DNA from: Promethearchaeota archaeon
GTDB taxonomy: Archaea; Asgardarchaeota; Lokiarchaeia; Sigyniarchaeales; SOKP01
Direction of reading: 5' to 3'
Assembly: GCA_016839765.1 (NCBI GenBank)
Contig: JAEOTP010000016.1
Span: 4,027 to 68,026 of the forward strand
DNA length: 64,000 nucleotides
Shown: positions 1 through 9,163 of the stretch, piece after piece
Layout: each line of letters starts with the position of its first letter
Numbering within the stretch: position 1 is the stretch's first letter
Made by a program: the position numbers and the translations under genes
Notes under the pieces: model-generated
What the model was told of the DNA's origin: nothing
The model's input: the letters and a program-made list of their open reading frames with translations, nothing else
Database searches by the model: none

Positions 1-41
1 TTTAATTTTGTTATAAAAAGAAATAAAAACTCATTAATTAA

Positions 42-635
42 ATGATATTGATGAAAAAAAAATTCGCTGGTACTCTATTTCTTGTAGTTGGAAATTCTGG
101 TTCTGGAAAAGATTCAACAATACAAGGAGCTGTCAAAAAATATCCTAATGATCTAAAAAAATTATATGTTCCAAAAAGGTATATCACACGACCTCCATCC
201 AAAACGGAAGAAAACATCTCAATTTCGCCCGTAGAATTCAAAATGATGTCTAAAGAAGGAAAATTTGCCCTTAAATGGCATATTTATGGATTAGACTATG
301 GGATACCTATTGAAATTGATGAGAAGCTTAAAAACGGTCATCCTGTAGTTGTAAATGTAAGTAGAACTATAATTCCAGAAGCAAGAGAAAGGTATGAAAA
401 TATTAAAGTCATATTTATCGAAGTTCCATTTGATATTACCTTAAAACGCCTTAAAGAACGAACTAGAGAAATAGGAAAAAGGTTAGAAGAAAGAATAGAA
501 AGAGCAAGAAATAATCAACAATTTTCAGAAGCAGATTTTATAGTTAATAATTCTGGTCTTCTTGATAATGCAATTGATCAATTTTTAGATTATGTGATAA
601 AAGTTGTTAAAGAAGTTAAAAGTGGAATGGAATAA
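42..635 (+). CDS. phnN: PhnN/guanylate-kinase-like P-loop kinase (ribose 1,5-bisphosphate phosphokinase family)
   Basis: Walker A GNSGSGKD, RYITRP, WHIYGLDYGIP and VVNVSR motifs typical of PhnN/Gmk-like kinases. Confidence 0.7.
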   Translation: MILMKKKFAGTLFLVVGNSGSGKDSTIQGAVKKYPNDLKKLYVPKRYITRPPSKTEENISISPVEFKMMSKEGKFALKWHIYGLDYGIPIEIDEKLKNGHPVVVNVSRTIIPEARERYENIKVIFIEVPFDITLKRLKERTREIGKRLEERIERARNNQQFSEADFIVNNSGLLDNAIDQFLDYVIKVVKEVKSGME

Positions 636-741
636 AAAAAATAAAATAAAATTTTTTTATTAACAAGAATTATATTTTTTTGTATTTAGATATTAGATTC
701 TAAATGATGGCTCGGTTCGTATAGTGGTTAGTATTGGGGAC

Positions 742-771
742 GATTCTTGAAAAATATTCAAGAATCCCCAC
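742..771 (+). other. tRNA-His intron 1 (position 32/33), 30 nt, BHB-type
   Basis: Intron stem ATTCTTGAA/TTCAAGAAT, central helix GGGG/CCCC and 3-nt bulges AC^G and AC^T. Cleavage after the second bulge nucleotide restores the CTGTGAA loop. Confidence 0.88.
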
Positions 772-784
772 TGTGAATCCTTAG

Positions 785-815
785 TGATTGGGGGAATTTC
801 TCTCCTTTCGGGGAA
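785..815 (+). other. tRNA-His intron 2 (variable loop, position 45/46), 31 nt, BHB-type
   Basis: Central helix CCTT/GGGG, bulges AG^T and AA^A, and an imperfect stem GATTGGGGG/TCTCCTTTC. Removal gives a 4-nt AGAC variable loop. Confidence 0.78.
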
Positions 816-961
816 ACGGGGGTTCGATTCCCCCACCGAGCCCTTCTTAATCTATAATTTCTATTTTTTGTTTTAAATTTAAGTATAATTACATAAAATG
901 GAAGATTAAAATCTGTAGAATTATTTTCTTATATAACTGATACTAATTAATATTTGTAATT

Positions 962-1417
962 ATGGGGATATTAGATCAAGAAAAACTTAGAGACATTCCA
1001 GGATGGGAAAAAAATGCGCCCATTCATATTTGTATGGATGCTGATTATCGAGGATTGACATTTTGTTGTAAACCAGGGCATTCACTAACATTTGGCATTA
1101 AGTGTAAAAGAGATCAAATTCTTGATGAGATCGGAATGACCCCACAGGAATTTATTAAGATTAAAGAGGAATTTTCAAAAGAAAATCAATGGAATTCAGA
1201 TTTAGTATGTTTTGGATCACTTTCTTATTGTTGTATGAGGAGAGGAGGCTGCCCAAGGAGAGATCCTGCTTTAGAGTTAAGATATCCTAATAAATCAAAG
1301 GAAGAGAGGATGAGAAAATATTTTCAAAAGAAGAAAGAGTTAGCAAAGAGAATTTTAGAAGCTGTAAATGATTCAAAAGGAAGAGAGAAAGTTAAGCCAT
1401 ATTTAAAATTTTTATAA
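962..1417 (+). CDS. Methanogenesis marker 9-like Cys-rich domain protein
   Basis: WEKNAPIHIC..DYRGLTFCCKP ... MTPQEFIKIKEEF ... CFGSLSYCC...C..RD follows the methanogenesis marker 9 pattern as I recall it (W..APSH.C.GGD.R.LAFCCPP ... CFGSL.WCC). Confidence 0.7.
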   Translation: MGILDQEKLRDIPGWEKNAPIHICMDADYRGLTFCCKPGHSLTFGIKCKRDQILDEIGMTPQEFIKIKEEFSKENQWNSDLVCFGSLSYCCMRRGGCPRRDPALELRYPNKSKEERMRKYFQKKKELAKRILEAVNDSKGREKVKPYLKFL

Positions 1418-1439
1418 ACTTCATTTTTATTAAGGTAAA

Positions 1440-2399
1440 ATGATAATTTCAATAACTCATGAGCATGATTTAGATGGATTAGGATCTCAAGCAATTATAA
1501 AAAGATATTTTGATTTCTTTTATACTGGAGAAAAGCAAGAATTTAAGCAATTCTTCGCTCATTATTTGGATTTTGTTGAAAAAGTTAAAAAAATCTTAAC
1601 TTCAGATTATCTCCCTTCTCAATTAATTATTACAGATATTGGTTTTAATGAGGATTTTAAAGAACTATTCCCAAAATTGGAAGAAGCAAAAAAAAAAGAC
1701 TGCAGGATACTATGGTTTGACCATCACTTAGTTAGTAATGAGATTAAAGAAAAAATTAAACATTTCACATTTCTTTATATGAATGATCCCTTGAGTTGTG
1801 CTGCCGAAATAGTTAAAGATTATTATTTGCCAAATGACTTAATTGCTATAAAAATAGCAGAATTAGCAAGGGATTCAGATTTTAAAACTAATAAATTTCA
1901 ATTCGCTGATGATTTGCAATTAATTATTGGATATAACCGTGGTGACAGTAAATTTCAAGAAAAATTTAAATTGGTTTCCTTATTATCTAGGGGAGATTTT
2001 CAAGAACCCTGGTTTAATACTCAATTAAAGGAGTTAAAAAGTTGGTTTAATGAAGAATCATTTTTTGCCATAAATCAAGCTAAAATTGTTAATATAAAGG
2101 ATTTTGGGGATTTGGCTATTTCATTTGCAAGAATTAGTGGAGGAAAAATTACTGATTTACTTAAAAAAGAATTTCCAAAAATGAGAGCATATATAGGAAT
2201 CGATACGAGATTTGATGAAATCATTATAAATAGCGAATACATTAATTGTAGAGACTTTGCCATTGAGTTTAATGGTGGAGGCCATAAATCAAGGGCAGGA
2301 TTTAAGTATAAACAAATTTTTTCAGAAAAAGGAGTAATAAATCAACAATTTATTCAAGATATTAAAATGAAATTTACTAAATTTAAAACTAAATACTGA
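1440..2399 (+). CDS. DHH/DHHA1 family phosphoesterase (NrnA/nanoRNase-like)
   Basis: HEHDLDG, ITD, WFDHH and C-terminal GGGH motifs. Confidence 0.88.
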   Translation: MIISITHEHDLDGLGSQAIIKRYFDFFYTGEKQEFKQFFAHYLDFVEKVKKILTSDYLPSQLIITDIGFNEDFKELFPKLEEAKKKDCRILWFDHHLVSNEIKEKIKHFTFLYMNDPLSCAAEIVKDYYLPNDLIAIKIAELARDSDFKTNKFQFADDLQLIIGYNRGDSKFQEKFKLVSLLSRGDFQEPWFNTQLKELKSWFNEESFFAINQAKIVNIKDFGDLAISFARISGGKITDLLKKEFPKMRAYIGIDTRFDEIIINSEYINCRDFAIEFNGGGHKSRAGFKYKQIFSEKGVINQQFIQDIKMKFTKFKTKY

Positions 2400-2616
2400 T
2401 CAATAAATTAAGATATTACGAAGGGATATATTGAAAAAATATTTAGATATTTCAATTTAATCGTGAAGATACGTTTCACGAAATCCTCTGAAAAGAACCT
2501 AATTAAATCGACACATTTTTTTTATTTGAGAACATTTATGAAATTTATAACTTACTTTTTTGACGAATGATAAAACACAAATTTTTTAAATAACAAAAGT
2601 TAAAATACAATTTAAT

Positions 2617-2760
2617 ATGCAGTGGGAAAAAGTTATTTCACACGGATACAGAGAAGATTTGTATATTTATAAAGTCTTGACGCCTCATAATGAGACTGCA
2701 GATGACGACAAAAAAATTTTAAAAAATATTCTTTTAGTAGAAATTGGTAGAGAGGAATAA
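2617..2760 (+). CDS. Small 47-aa ORF below the ORF-track cutoff (MQWEKVISHGYREDLYIYKVLTPHNETADDDKKILKNILLVEIGREE)
   Basis: ATG at 2617 and TAA at 2758-2760, in a GC-richer patch of an otherwise AT-rich spacer; convergent with hsp20. Function unknown. Confidence 0.3.
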   Translation: MQWEKVISHGYREDLYIYKVLTPHNETADDDKKILKNILLVEIGREE

Positions 2761-2769
2761 GATAAGGGT

Positions 2770-3438
2770 TTAATCTCCAATTTCTATATTAGTCGTTTTT
2801 TCATCAATTCTTTTTAATTTAATTTCAAGGATCCCATTAACATATCGTGCTTTAGCGTAATCAGAATTGATTGCGGAAGGCAATTTTACTTCCTTAAAAT
2901 ATTTTCTTTTTGATTCTGGCTTAGTTGATATTGTTAAAGAATCTGTTTTTGCTTCTAATAGTATATCATCTCTAGTAACACCAGGCATTTCTGCTATTAT
3001 AATAAGGTGATTTTCATCTTGATTAACTTCTACCATTGGTTCTCTTTTTTTTTTCACCTTTGTTTTGCCCGTGTAAGATTCGGGCTTTATATTACCAAAA
3101 GAATCAACAATTGGTTTTCCATCTGGTCCAGATGTTATATTAAAGCCATACATTATTGGTTCTTTAAAAAATTTCGATCGGTTCTTCCAAATCTCTCTTG
3201 TAAATTCTTCTGGAGAGAGTTTTTCTAGATCTTTGGGTAAACTTTTGGATATTTGCTTAAAAATTTCTTTAAAGATATGTTGAAATTGTTCTGAATTAAA
3301 AACTTTATTAATATCTACATCTTTAAAAAATTTTTTTGGGTCACCAAACAATTTGAATAAATCGATTGGATCCTTATAATCATCTTCCTCATCCTCGTCT
3401 TCATTTCTATCTTTTGGTGGCATGAACTCACAACTCAT
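2770..3438 (-). CDS. hsp20: Archaeal small heat-shock protein Hsp20
   Basis: YGFNIT.GPDGKP..FGN N-terminal motif plus an alpha-crystallin domain (EMPGV..DDI, Y.KE..LP, A.Y.NGILEIKL). The start may be the second ATG (MPPKD). Confidence 0.92.
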   Translation of the reverse strand: MSCEFMPPKDRNEDEDEEDDYKDPIDLFKLFGDPKKFFKDVDINKVFNSEQFQHIFKEIFKQISKSLPKDLEKLSPEEFTREIWKNRSKFFKEPIMYGFNITSGPDGKPIVDSFGNIKPESYTGKTKVKKKREPMVEVNQDENHLIIIAEMPGVTRDDILLEAKTDSLTISTKPESKRKYFKEVKLPSAINSDYAKARYVNGILEIKLKRIDEKTTNIEIGD

Positions 3439-3661
3439 TTACATATGTATAGATATTATGTTCAATTAAATTTTTAAATTTGAATTTAAATATAAATACA
3501 TAAAGTTAAAAAGTTAATAGCTTATATTCTAGAAAAAATTGTTTAGATTAATAAAGTTATTCCAAATAAAAATTTTGTAATTTTATATTAAAAATATTTG
3601 AGAGTGGATTGTTATTTATTCTGATTTAGATGAGGATGAGAAGGAACTTTATCTTGATGTT

Positions 3662-5425
3662 TTGAGAGAGGCGCCTTTATTACCTTTTTCTAATTTCGTA
3701 TCGCGTGGGGATATTCCCGACCGGATCGATATTGCAAGACCAAGAAGTTATATTGATCGTGAAGTTTATCGGCTTGTTCGTCAAACTTATAGAGATAAAT
3801 CATCACGATTAATACCAATTTTAGGATCAGCTGGTACGGGCAAAACACACGCATATCATTCCTTTAAAGATAAAGAACGAGAAAATAGAAAAAAATTAGA
3901 ACAAGTTACTGAAGAAGAAGAAATCGAAGTTAGTCAATTAGAGCCCGTAGATTGGAGTATCGTCTATGTTCCTAGCCCTCCAGCAAGTATTAGAGTTTTG
4001 CTACATGTATATACCTGTATGATTGAAGAATTAGGTGCTGAAATTCTTGATGTTGTCTCAGAAAGATTAGTAAAGGACAAATGGGGTGGTAAGAAAGGAG
4101 GAATCTTTCAAAAACCTAAAATTGATGAGGTTATTCAGAAAGGAATAAGAGAATTTCCTGGTGTTTTTGCAGATTGTGTAAAAGCATTAGTATTATACCA
4201 ACTAGATAAAAACAAAAAGGCTTTAGCAGAAAGATGGCTGCTTGGTGAAGATTTAGAAGATGACGAATTAAATGAATTAGGAATCAACAGTGTTGTTGAG
4301 GAAGATGATGTCTGTTTAGCCATGATTAAAATCATCACAGACAACTTAGATAGAGTTCTTATTCTTTATTTTGACGAGCTTGAATCGCCATATCGTATGC
4401 TTGGTGAAACAGCTGAGCAAAAATTTTTGGAAATCTTAAAAAGATTATATAATGAAGTAAAGGGGCTAGTTATTACCATTGCTGTTTTAAAAGAAATATG
4501 GCCTCGGATTTTAGAAATAGCAGATCCACCTTTACGTTCAAGAATGGAACCTGAACAAGATTTAAAACCATTTAGCTTAAATGATTTAAAGATCTTCTAT
4601 TCAAGGACTATGGAGGCTTTTTGGGACAATAATAATTTGAATCCTCCGCTTTATCCTTTGTTTCCTATAAATGAAAAAATAATAGAAATGATTTATGAAA
4701 AAACGCAAGGAAACCCAAGAAATTCTATAAAGCTTTGCAGGAGATTCATCGATAAAGTGGTGATGGAAGAAATGACTATAGAAGAATTAATGAAAGCTGG
4801 TTCAGAAATAGTTGCTTCCCCTAGGCCCCCAACCATGGAAACTGAAGAGGAAGTAATCGATTTTTCAAAACCAAGAGAAATTGTTAAGAAAACTATAGAA
4901 GAAATTTTAGCAGAAGAAGAATATGCGATAGATGTTAATCCCTCCTCTGTAGCTGGAGCAGCACTAAAAAGTATTATCAAGGTCGGTGAAGAAAAAAGTA
5001 TAAAATTTAAAACACAAATGGAATTTAAATTCAAGTTGGGTAAAAGAAGCCAAACTTTAGCAGCTCTAATTGACACAAAAGATAAAAAATGGGGCTTAGA
5101 AATCCCATCAATAAAAACTTTTGATAGAAGCGCGGGGGTTGCGGGTTATTATGCTGCAAAACGATTGAAAGACGCTATTGATGAAAATGCTATTGACGCT
5201 GCAATTTTAATAGTGCCAACAGGAAGTAGTGGAGCTAAATTTGAAATGATATTAGACAACAATCCAAACATCCGTAAAGTAGAGATCAATAATGAGTTAG
5301 GCGAACAATTAATTGCTAATGCATTATCTTATCCTACTAAGGAAGGATGGGAGATTGCAAAAATTATATTTCCAGATATAGGAGATTATAAGCCTCCTGA
5401 GGAAGAAACCCCTTCAGAAGATTAA
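3662..5425 (+). CDS. AAA+ P-loop ATPase with an uncharacterised C-terminal alpha/beta domain
   Basis: Walker A GSAGTGKT, Walker B LILYFDELE, Arg finger LRSRM and sensor-2 GNPRN. The frame is open upstream to 3602, so the true start may be earlier. Confidence 0.8.
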   Translation: MREAPLLPFSNFVSRGDIPDRIDIARPRSYIDREVYRLVRQTYRDKSSRLIPILGSAGTGKTHAYHSFKDKERENRKKLEQVTEEEEIEVSQLEPVDWSIVYVPSPPASIRVLLHVYTCMIEELGAEILDVVSERLVKDKWGGKKGGIFQKPKIDEVIQKGIREFPGVFADCVKALVLYQLDKNKKALAERWLLGEDLEDDELNELGINSVVEEDDVCLAMIKIITDNLDRVLILYFDELESPYRMLGETAEQKFLEILKRLYNEVKGLVITIAVLKEIWPRILEIADPPLRSRMEPEQDLKPFSLNDLKIFYSRTMEAFWDNNNLNPPLYPLFPINEKIIEMIYEKTQGNPRNSIKLCRRFIDKVVMEEMTIEELMKAGSEIVASPRPPTMETEEEVIDFSKPREIVKKTIEEILAEEEYAIDVNPSSVAGAALKSIIKVGEEKSIKFKTQMEFKFKLGKRSQTLAALIDTKDKKWGLEIPSIKTFDRSAGVAGYYAAKRLKDAIDENAIDAAILIVPTGSSGAKFEMILDNNPNIRKVEINNELGEQLIANALSYPTKEGWEIAKIIFPDIGDYKPPEEETPSED

Positions 5426-5486
5426 GAAAGTTAATGTAAAGAAAATATTATTTTTTCTACTTTTTAATACTTAATTGTCTTATTAT

Positions 5487-6413
5487 TTAAAGATTTTCGA
5501 AGAAATCTTTAAATTTTTTATCCATGCTAAATAACTCTTTTGCTGATTGATCAGCTCTTTTAAGTTCATTAGACATTTGAATTAATGATTCAGATAATTC
5601 TTGTTCTTCAAATGAATTTGATATATTAATTAACTTATTTACTGGTTTAATTAGTTCATGATATAAATGTAGTTTATTTTGGCGCAATAATTCAATGAGC
5701 TTCTCAATATCTCTAAGCAATAATTCTTTCTCCTTCATAAGATCAGGGAATTTTTCAATTTGTTCTGCTTTATTTTCCAAAAAAGACTTTATTTCAGTCT
5801 CTTGAATTAGTTCTGCTAATTCTGCTGCTTTTAAAAAGCTTTTCATTGCTTTTTTATATAATTTTTCGTGTAGTAGTTGTTCAGCAAGTTTAATTTCATC
5901 AGATAGCTTTTCAGGGATTTCTTCACCAAGATTAATTAATTCTCTTGCTTCTTGAAGTTTGCCATTATCAATCATCTTTTTAGTTTTATCATCAATAGTA
6001 TTCTTAACTAAAGCAGGTTCCTTTAATTTTTCCATCAGTGAGAAGATAGAATTCAATTCATCTTTAAGTAAATCTTCCATTTTCGCCCTATCTTTAGAGA
6101 AGTTTTGCACTATTTTTTCAGAAATCTGGTTGATAATACTTTTTAATGACATTAAATCTTCTTCTTCTTTCAGAATAAAAGCTATAAATAAATTATCTTT
6201 TTCGATAGATTTTGCATCAATCTTACTTGAAAAATACCTTAAATCATTTTGATGTGCTGATGCATTCATAAATTCTTTATCAACATGATTTTCTGTAAAT
6301 TCTTTTAAAATCTCAGATGATATTTTACTTTCTTGGGATAAATAATATTCTGCAATTACATTAGGTCCAAAAGATACATCTATCTCATAAAGAATAATTC
6401 CAACAGGCGACAT
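5487..6413 (-). CDS. Longin/uDENN-like domain protein with helical C-terminus (eukaryotic-signature-like)
   Basis: N-terminal GIILYEIDVSFGPNV (F-D/x-x-x-G-P pattern of uDENN/NPR2-type longins), then FSSK...FIAFILKEEE and alpha-helical repeats. Confidence 0.6.
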   Translation of the reverse strand: MSPVGIILYEIDVSFGPNVIAEYYLSQESKISSEILKEFTENHVDKEFMNASAHQNDLRYFSSKIDAKSIEKDNLFIAFILKEEEDLMSLKSIINQISEKIVQNFSKDRAKMEDLLKDELNSIFSLMEKLKEPALVKNTIDDKTKKMIDNGKLQEARELINLGEEIPEKLSDEIKLAEQLLHEKLYKKAMKSFLKAAELAELIQETEIKSFLENKAEQIEKFPDLMKEKELLLRDIEKLIELLRQNKLHLYHELIKPVNKLINISNSFEEQELSESLIQMSNELKRADQSAKELFSMDKKFKDFFENL

Positions 6414-6556
6414 TTTTTTTAACTCCTCATTAAATTGATATTTTTATATTTAATAGTTAATTAGCATTTAATTAAAAATTTTTATACCATCTTAATTATT
6501 TAGTTAATAGTCAAAATTAGGAATAAAAGATCGCGTTTTTAGTTAAAATTATATAT

Positions 6557-7240
6557 CTATTTTTTATATTTAAAAACTTCTTCTCCTTTCATTGAGTTAA
6601 TTGAGAGCCCTCTTTTATATCTTGCGTATTTTTCAAATTTTTCCTCAAATACAATATCAATTTCATCTAATGGTAAATCCGCATGTACACCCCTATCTTT
6701 TACATATTCACCAAAACGGTTCCCATTATCATCATAAGGAGGAAAGACTGCATCATTTTCCCCATCAAATTCAACCATTGGGAGAAAGCCTCCTTTAATA
6801 GCCGTAGCTTCATCAAAGGAAGGGGTTAATTTTATCCATCTATTATTCAAATAAAATTCACTATAACCGTGATAATACATAACATTATGTCCCATAAAGT
6901 CGATGACTCTTTGGGACACTTTATGATTTATTAAGTCTACTAAATGAATTCGGGCTGGAATTCCAACTGCTCTGGCAAATGAAGATAATAAAATGGATTT
7001 AGAAACGCAGAAACCATTTTTTCTGCGTAAAGTTACACTAGCTTTAAAATTTGATTTCGAATTGGGCAAATATGTTGCCATATTATATTTAATTTCATTT
7101 CTTACCCAGTAAAATAAAACAATTGCTTTTTCTTTATCTGTTTCTAAATCTTTTGTAATTTCTAATGCTTTATTTTTAACGATTTTTTTGTCAAAATCAT
7201 AAAATTCAGTTGGTTGAAGATATATTGAAAAATCCTCCAT
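6557..7240 (-). CDS. Transglutaminase-like protein
   Basis: Catalytic triad context GFCVSKS..L..FARAVGIPAR, YYHGYSEFY and W.KL.PSFD. Confidence 0.9.
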   Translation of the reverse strand: MEDFSIYLQPTEFYDFDKKIVKNKALEITKDLETDKEKAIVLFYWVRNEIKYNMATYLPNSKSNFKASVTLRRKNGFCVSKSILLSSFARAVGIPARIHLVDLINHKVSQRVIDFMGHNVMYYHGYSEFYLNNRWIKLTPSFDEATAIKGGFLPMVEFDGENDAVFPPYDDNGNRFGEYVKDRGVHADLPLDEIDIVFEEKFEKYARYKRGLSINSMKGEEVFKYKK

Positions 7241-7290
7241 GATTAGAAAAAAATGAGATTACTTTATAATTTTTTTATAATAATTAGGAA

Positions 7291-9141
7291 TTAAATTCCT
7301 AATTCTTCTAATTTTTCCTTTGTTGGCCATCCAGTTTCCCATTCCCAACCCCTTATTTCATAGTACTTTTTAAGGTTTTCGTCCAATTCAAGTTTATTTC
7401 CAGCAGTACCTCCATATGGAATAGGGGTCTTATTAATTTTTGTCAAGTGATCATCGCCTCTTGTTACCCCCAGTTTACAAGAAATTAATCGTTTAACATT
7501 ATTTGCTCTCTCTCCTGCTTTTAACATCTTTTTTTTGTTTCCCAAGCTTTTAAACCCAGTAGCTGCTTGAAATATTTTTGTAAGATGAGGAATGTTTACA
7601 TACGGTTTATTACAAATCACTCCAGAATCATACAAGTTAGCTAAATCTTGCATATTGATAACATCTTTTTCTCTCCCGTTGATATCAAATCTATCTGCTC
7701 TTTTTATACCCGTTATATTAGCACCATTCCCGTCAATATTATAAAATTCTCCTTTTTCGTGACTCGCACCACAGCAACATGTCATATAAGAAAGAGCTTG
7801 GCCATCATATGCTCTTGGATCATGCATAGGCATTTCCAGTCCTTTAACATGTGCTGCTAGCTCTGGATCAACTCCAAGTGCTTCTGCCATGATTTTCACT
7901 CCTTCAGAAAGTAATTTACCTATACCTTCTGTCTTGGAAATTTTCTCAACGAGTTTTAAGATCAGCTCACCATTTCCCCATTTGATATCTTCTAATTTAA
8001 TATCTGAAAGATGTTTTTTGATATTATCAATGCTAATTTTATTCTCAACAAGATAAATTAAGAACGCAATTGAAACACCCGCCGAAATTGTGTCAATTCC
8101 ATCAATATTACATAAGTGATTAGCTTCTAAAATTGGCTCCCATTCAAAATTACCGCATAATGGACCAAATGCTGCAAGTGTTTCATATTCAGGTCCATCA
8201 ATTTCTAACTCATTCCCATCTTTTTCATAAATCGTAGTTCTTCCACACCCTATAGTACAACCTGCACAATAGTAATTCAAAACAGGATACTTTTCCTTTA
8301 ACGCTCTTCCTGTAAGTTTTTCCGCAATAAATTCTGATTTGGTGAAATAATACGCAGGAACATCTCCAACGACCATTCCCATATCAGTATAACATGCTGT
8401 CCCATAATGGGACTGAAACTGCACAGCAAAAGAGGCTTCTATTCCTGCTCTAGCTAATGTTACAGATTTTTTCATTTGCTCAAAATCAGCATATTCAATT
8501 TTTTTAGTACCCTTCATAGCAATAGCTTTCAGTTTCCTATAACCCATAAGCGCTCCAAATCCGCATCTGCCTGCAGCCCTTCCTTCGTCATTGATAACAC
8601 AAGCATACTTTACTAAATTTTCTCCACCCTTTCCGATGCATGCGACACGAATCTTCTCATCCTTGAGCTCGTTTTTTATAATATCGATCGTTTCATATGT
8701 GCTTTTTCCCCAAATATTCTCAGCACTCTTAAATTCTATGATTCCATTATCTATAGCCAAGTATATAGGTTTCTCTGAATCTCCAGTTATTACGATCGCA
8801 TCAAATCCACTCCTTTTTAAGGCGATTGGAAATTGGCCTCCGGAGGTTGACTCTCCCCACACTCTGGTAAGTGGAGATATTCCAGTAACCGAATATCTTC
8901 CGCTTGAAGGCGTTATTGAGCCCGTAAGTGGTCCAGTAGCGAATATTAGAGGATTAATACTGGCATATGGATTCCGTTTCAACATTTCATAATCTTCATC
9001 AGATAATAAGTCGTAAGTGAGTTTTGCGGATAAACCAACACCACCAACAAAATTTTCAGCGACTTTAGGATCAAGTTCCTTTATTTCCACTTTCTTAGAA
9101 TCTAAATCAATATAGACAATTTTACCATTATATCCTAACAT
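7291..9141 (-). CDS. aor: Tungsten-dependent aldehyde:ferredoxin oxidoreductase
   Basis: GGVGL, SPLT..WGES.SGG, GRAAGRCG.GA.MG..KLKAI, C..C..GC, EYET, D.IS and HVKGLE.PMHDPR motifs. Confidence 0.95.
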   Translation of the reverse strand: MLGYNGKIVYIDLDSKKVEIKELDPKVAENFVGGVGLSAKLTYDLLSDEDYEMLKRNPYASINPLIFATGPLTGSITPSSGRYSVTGISPLTRVWGESTSGGQFPIALKRSGFDAIVITGDSEKPIYLAIDNGIIEFKSAENIWGKSTYETIDIIKNELKDEKIRVACIGKGGENLVKYACVINDEGRAAGRCGFGALMGYRKLKAIAMKGTKKIEYADFEQMKKSVTLARAGIEASFAVQFQSHYGTACYTDMGMVVGDVPAYYFTKSEFIAEKLTGRALKEKYPVLNYYCAGCTIGCGRTTIYEKDGNELEIDGPEYETLAAFGPLCGNFEWEPILEANHLCNIDGIDTISAGVSIAFLIYLVENKISIDNIKKHLSDIKLEDIKWGNGELILKLVEKISKTEGIGKLLSEGVKIMAEALGVDPELAAHVKGLEMPMHDPRAYDGQALSYMTCCCGASHEKGEFYNIDGNGANITGIKRADRFDINGREKDVINMQDLANLYDSGVICNKPYVNIPHLTKIFQAATGFKSLGNKKKMLKAGERANNVKRLISCKLGVTRGDDHLTKINKTPIPYGGTAGNKLELDENLKKYYEIRGWEWETGWPTKEKLEELGI

Positions 9142-9163
9142 TTCTCTCCTCTGATTTTATTTA

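Larger units (their letters stand above)
709..842 (+). tRNA. tRNA-His(GTG) with encoded G-1 and two non-canonical BHB introns
   Basis: Acceptor GCTCGGT(710-716)/ACCGAGC(835-841), G-1 (709) opposite C73 (842), D-arm GTAT-AGTGGTTA-GTAT and T-arm GGGGG-TTCGATT-CCCCC. Removing 742-771 and 785-815 gives anticodon arm GGGGA-CTGTGAA-TCCTT, variable loop AGAC and a 73-nt cloverleaf. CCA is not encoded. Confidence 0.92.

Noticed and set aside
2461-2481. Inverted repeat TCGTGAA-N7-TTCACGA as an ncRNA or operator
   Set aside because: It is only 7 bp, I saw no second copy, and there is no supporting context.
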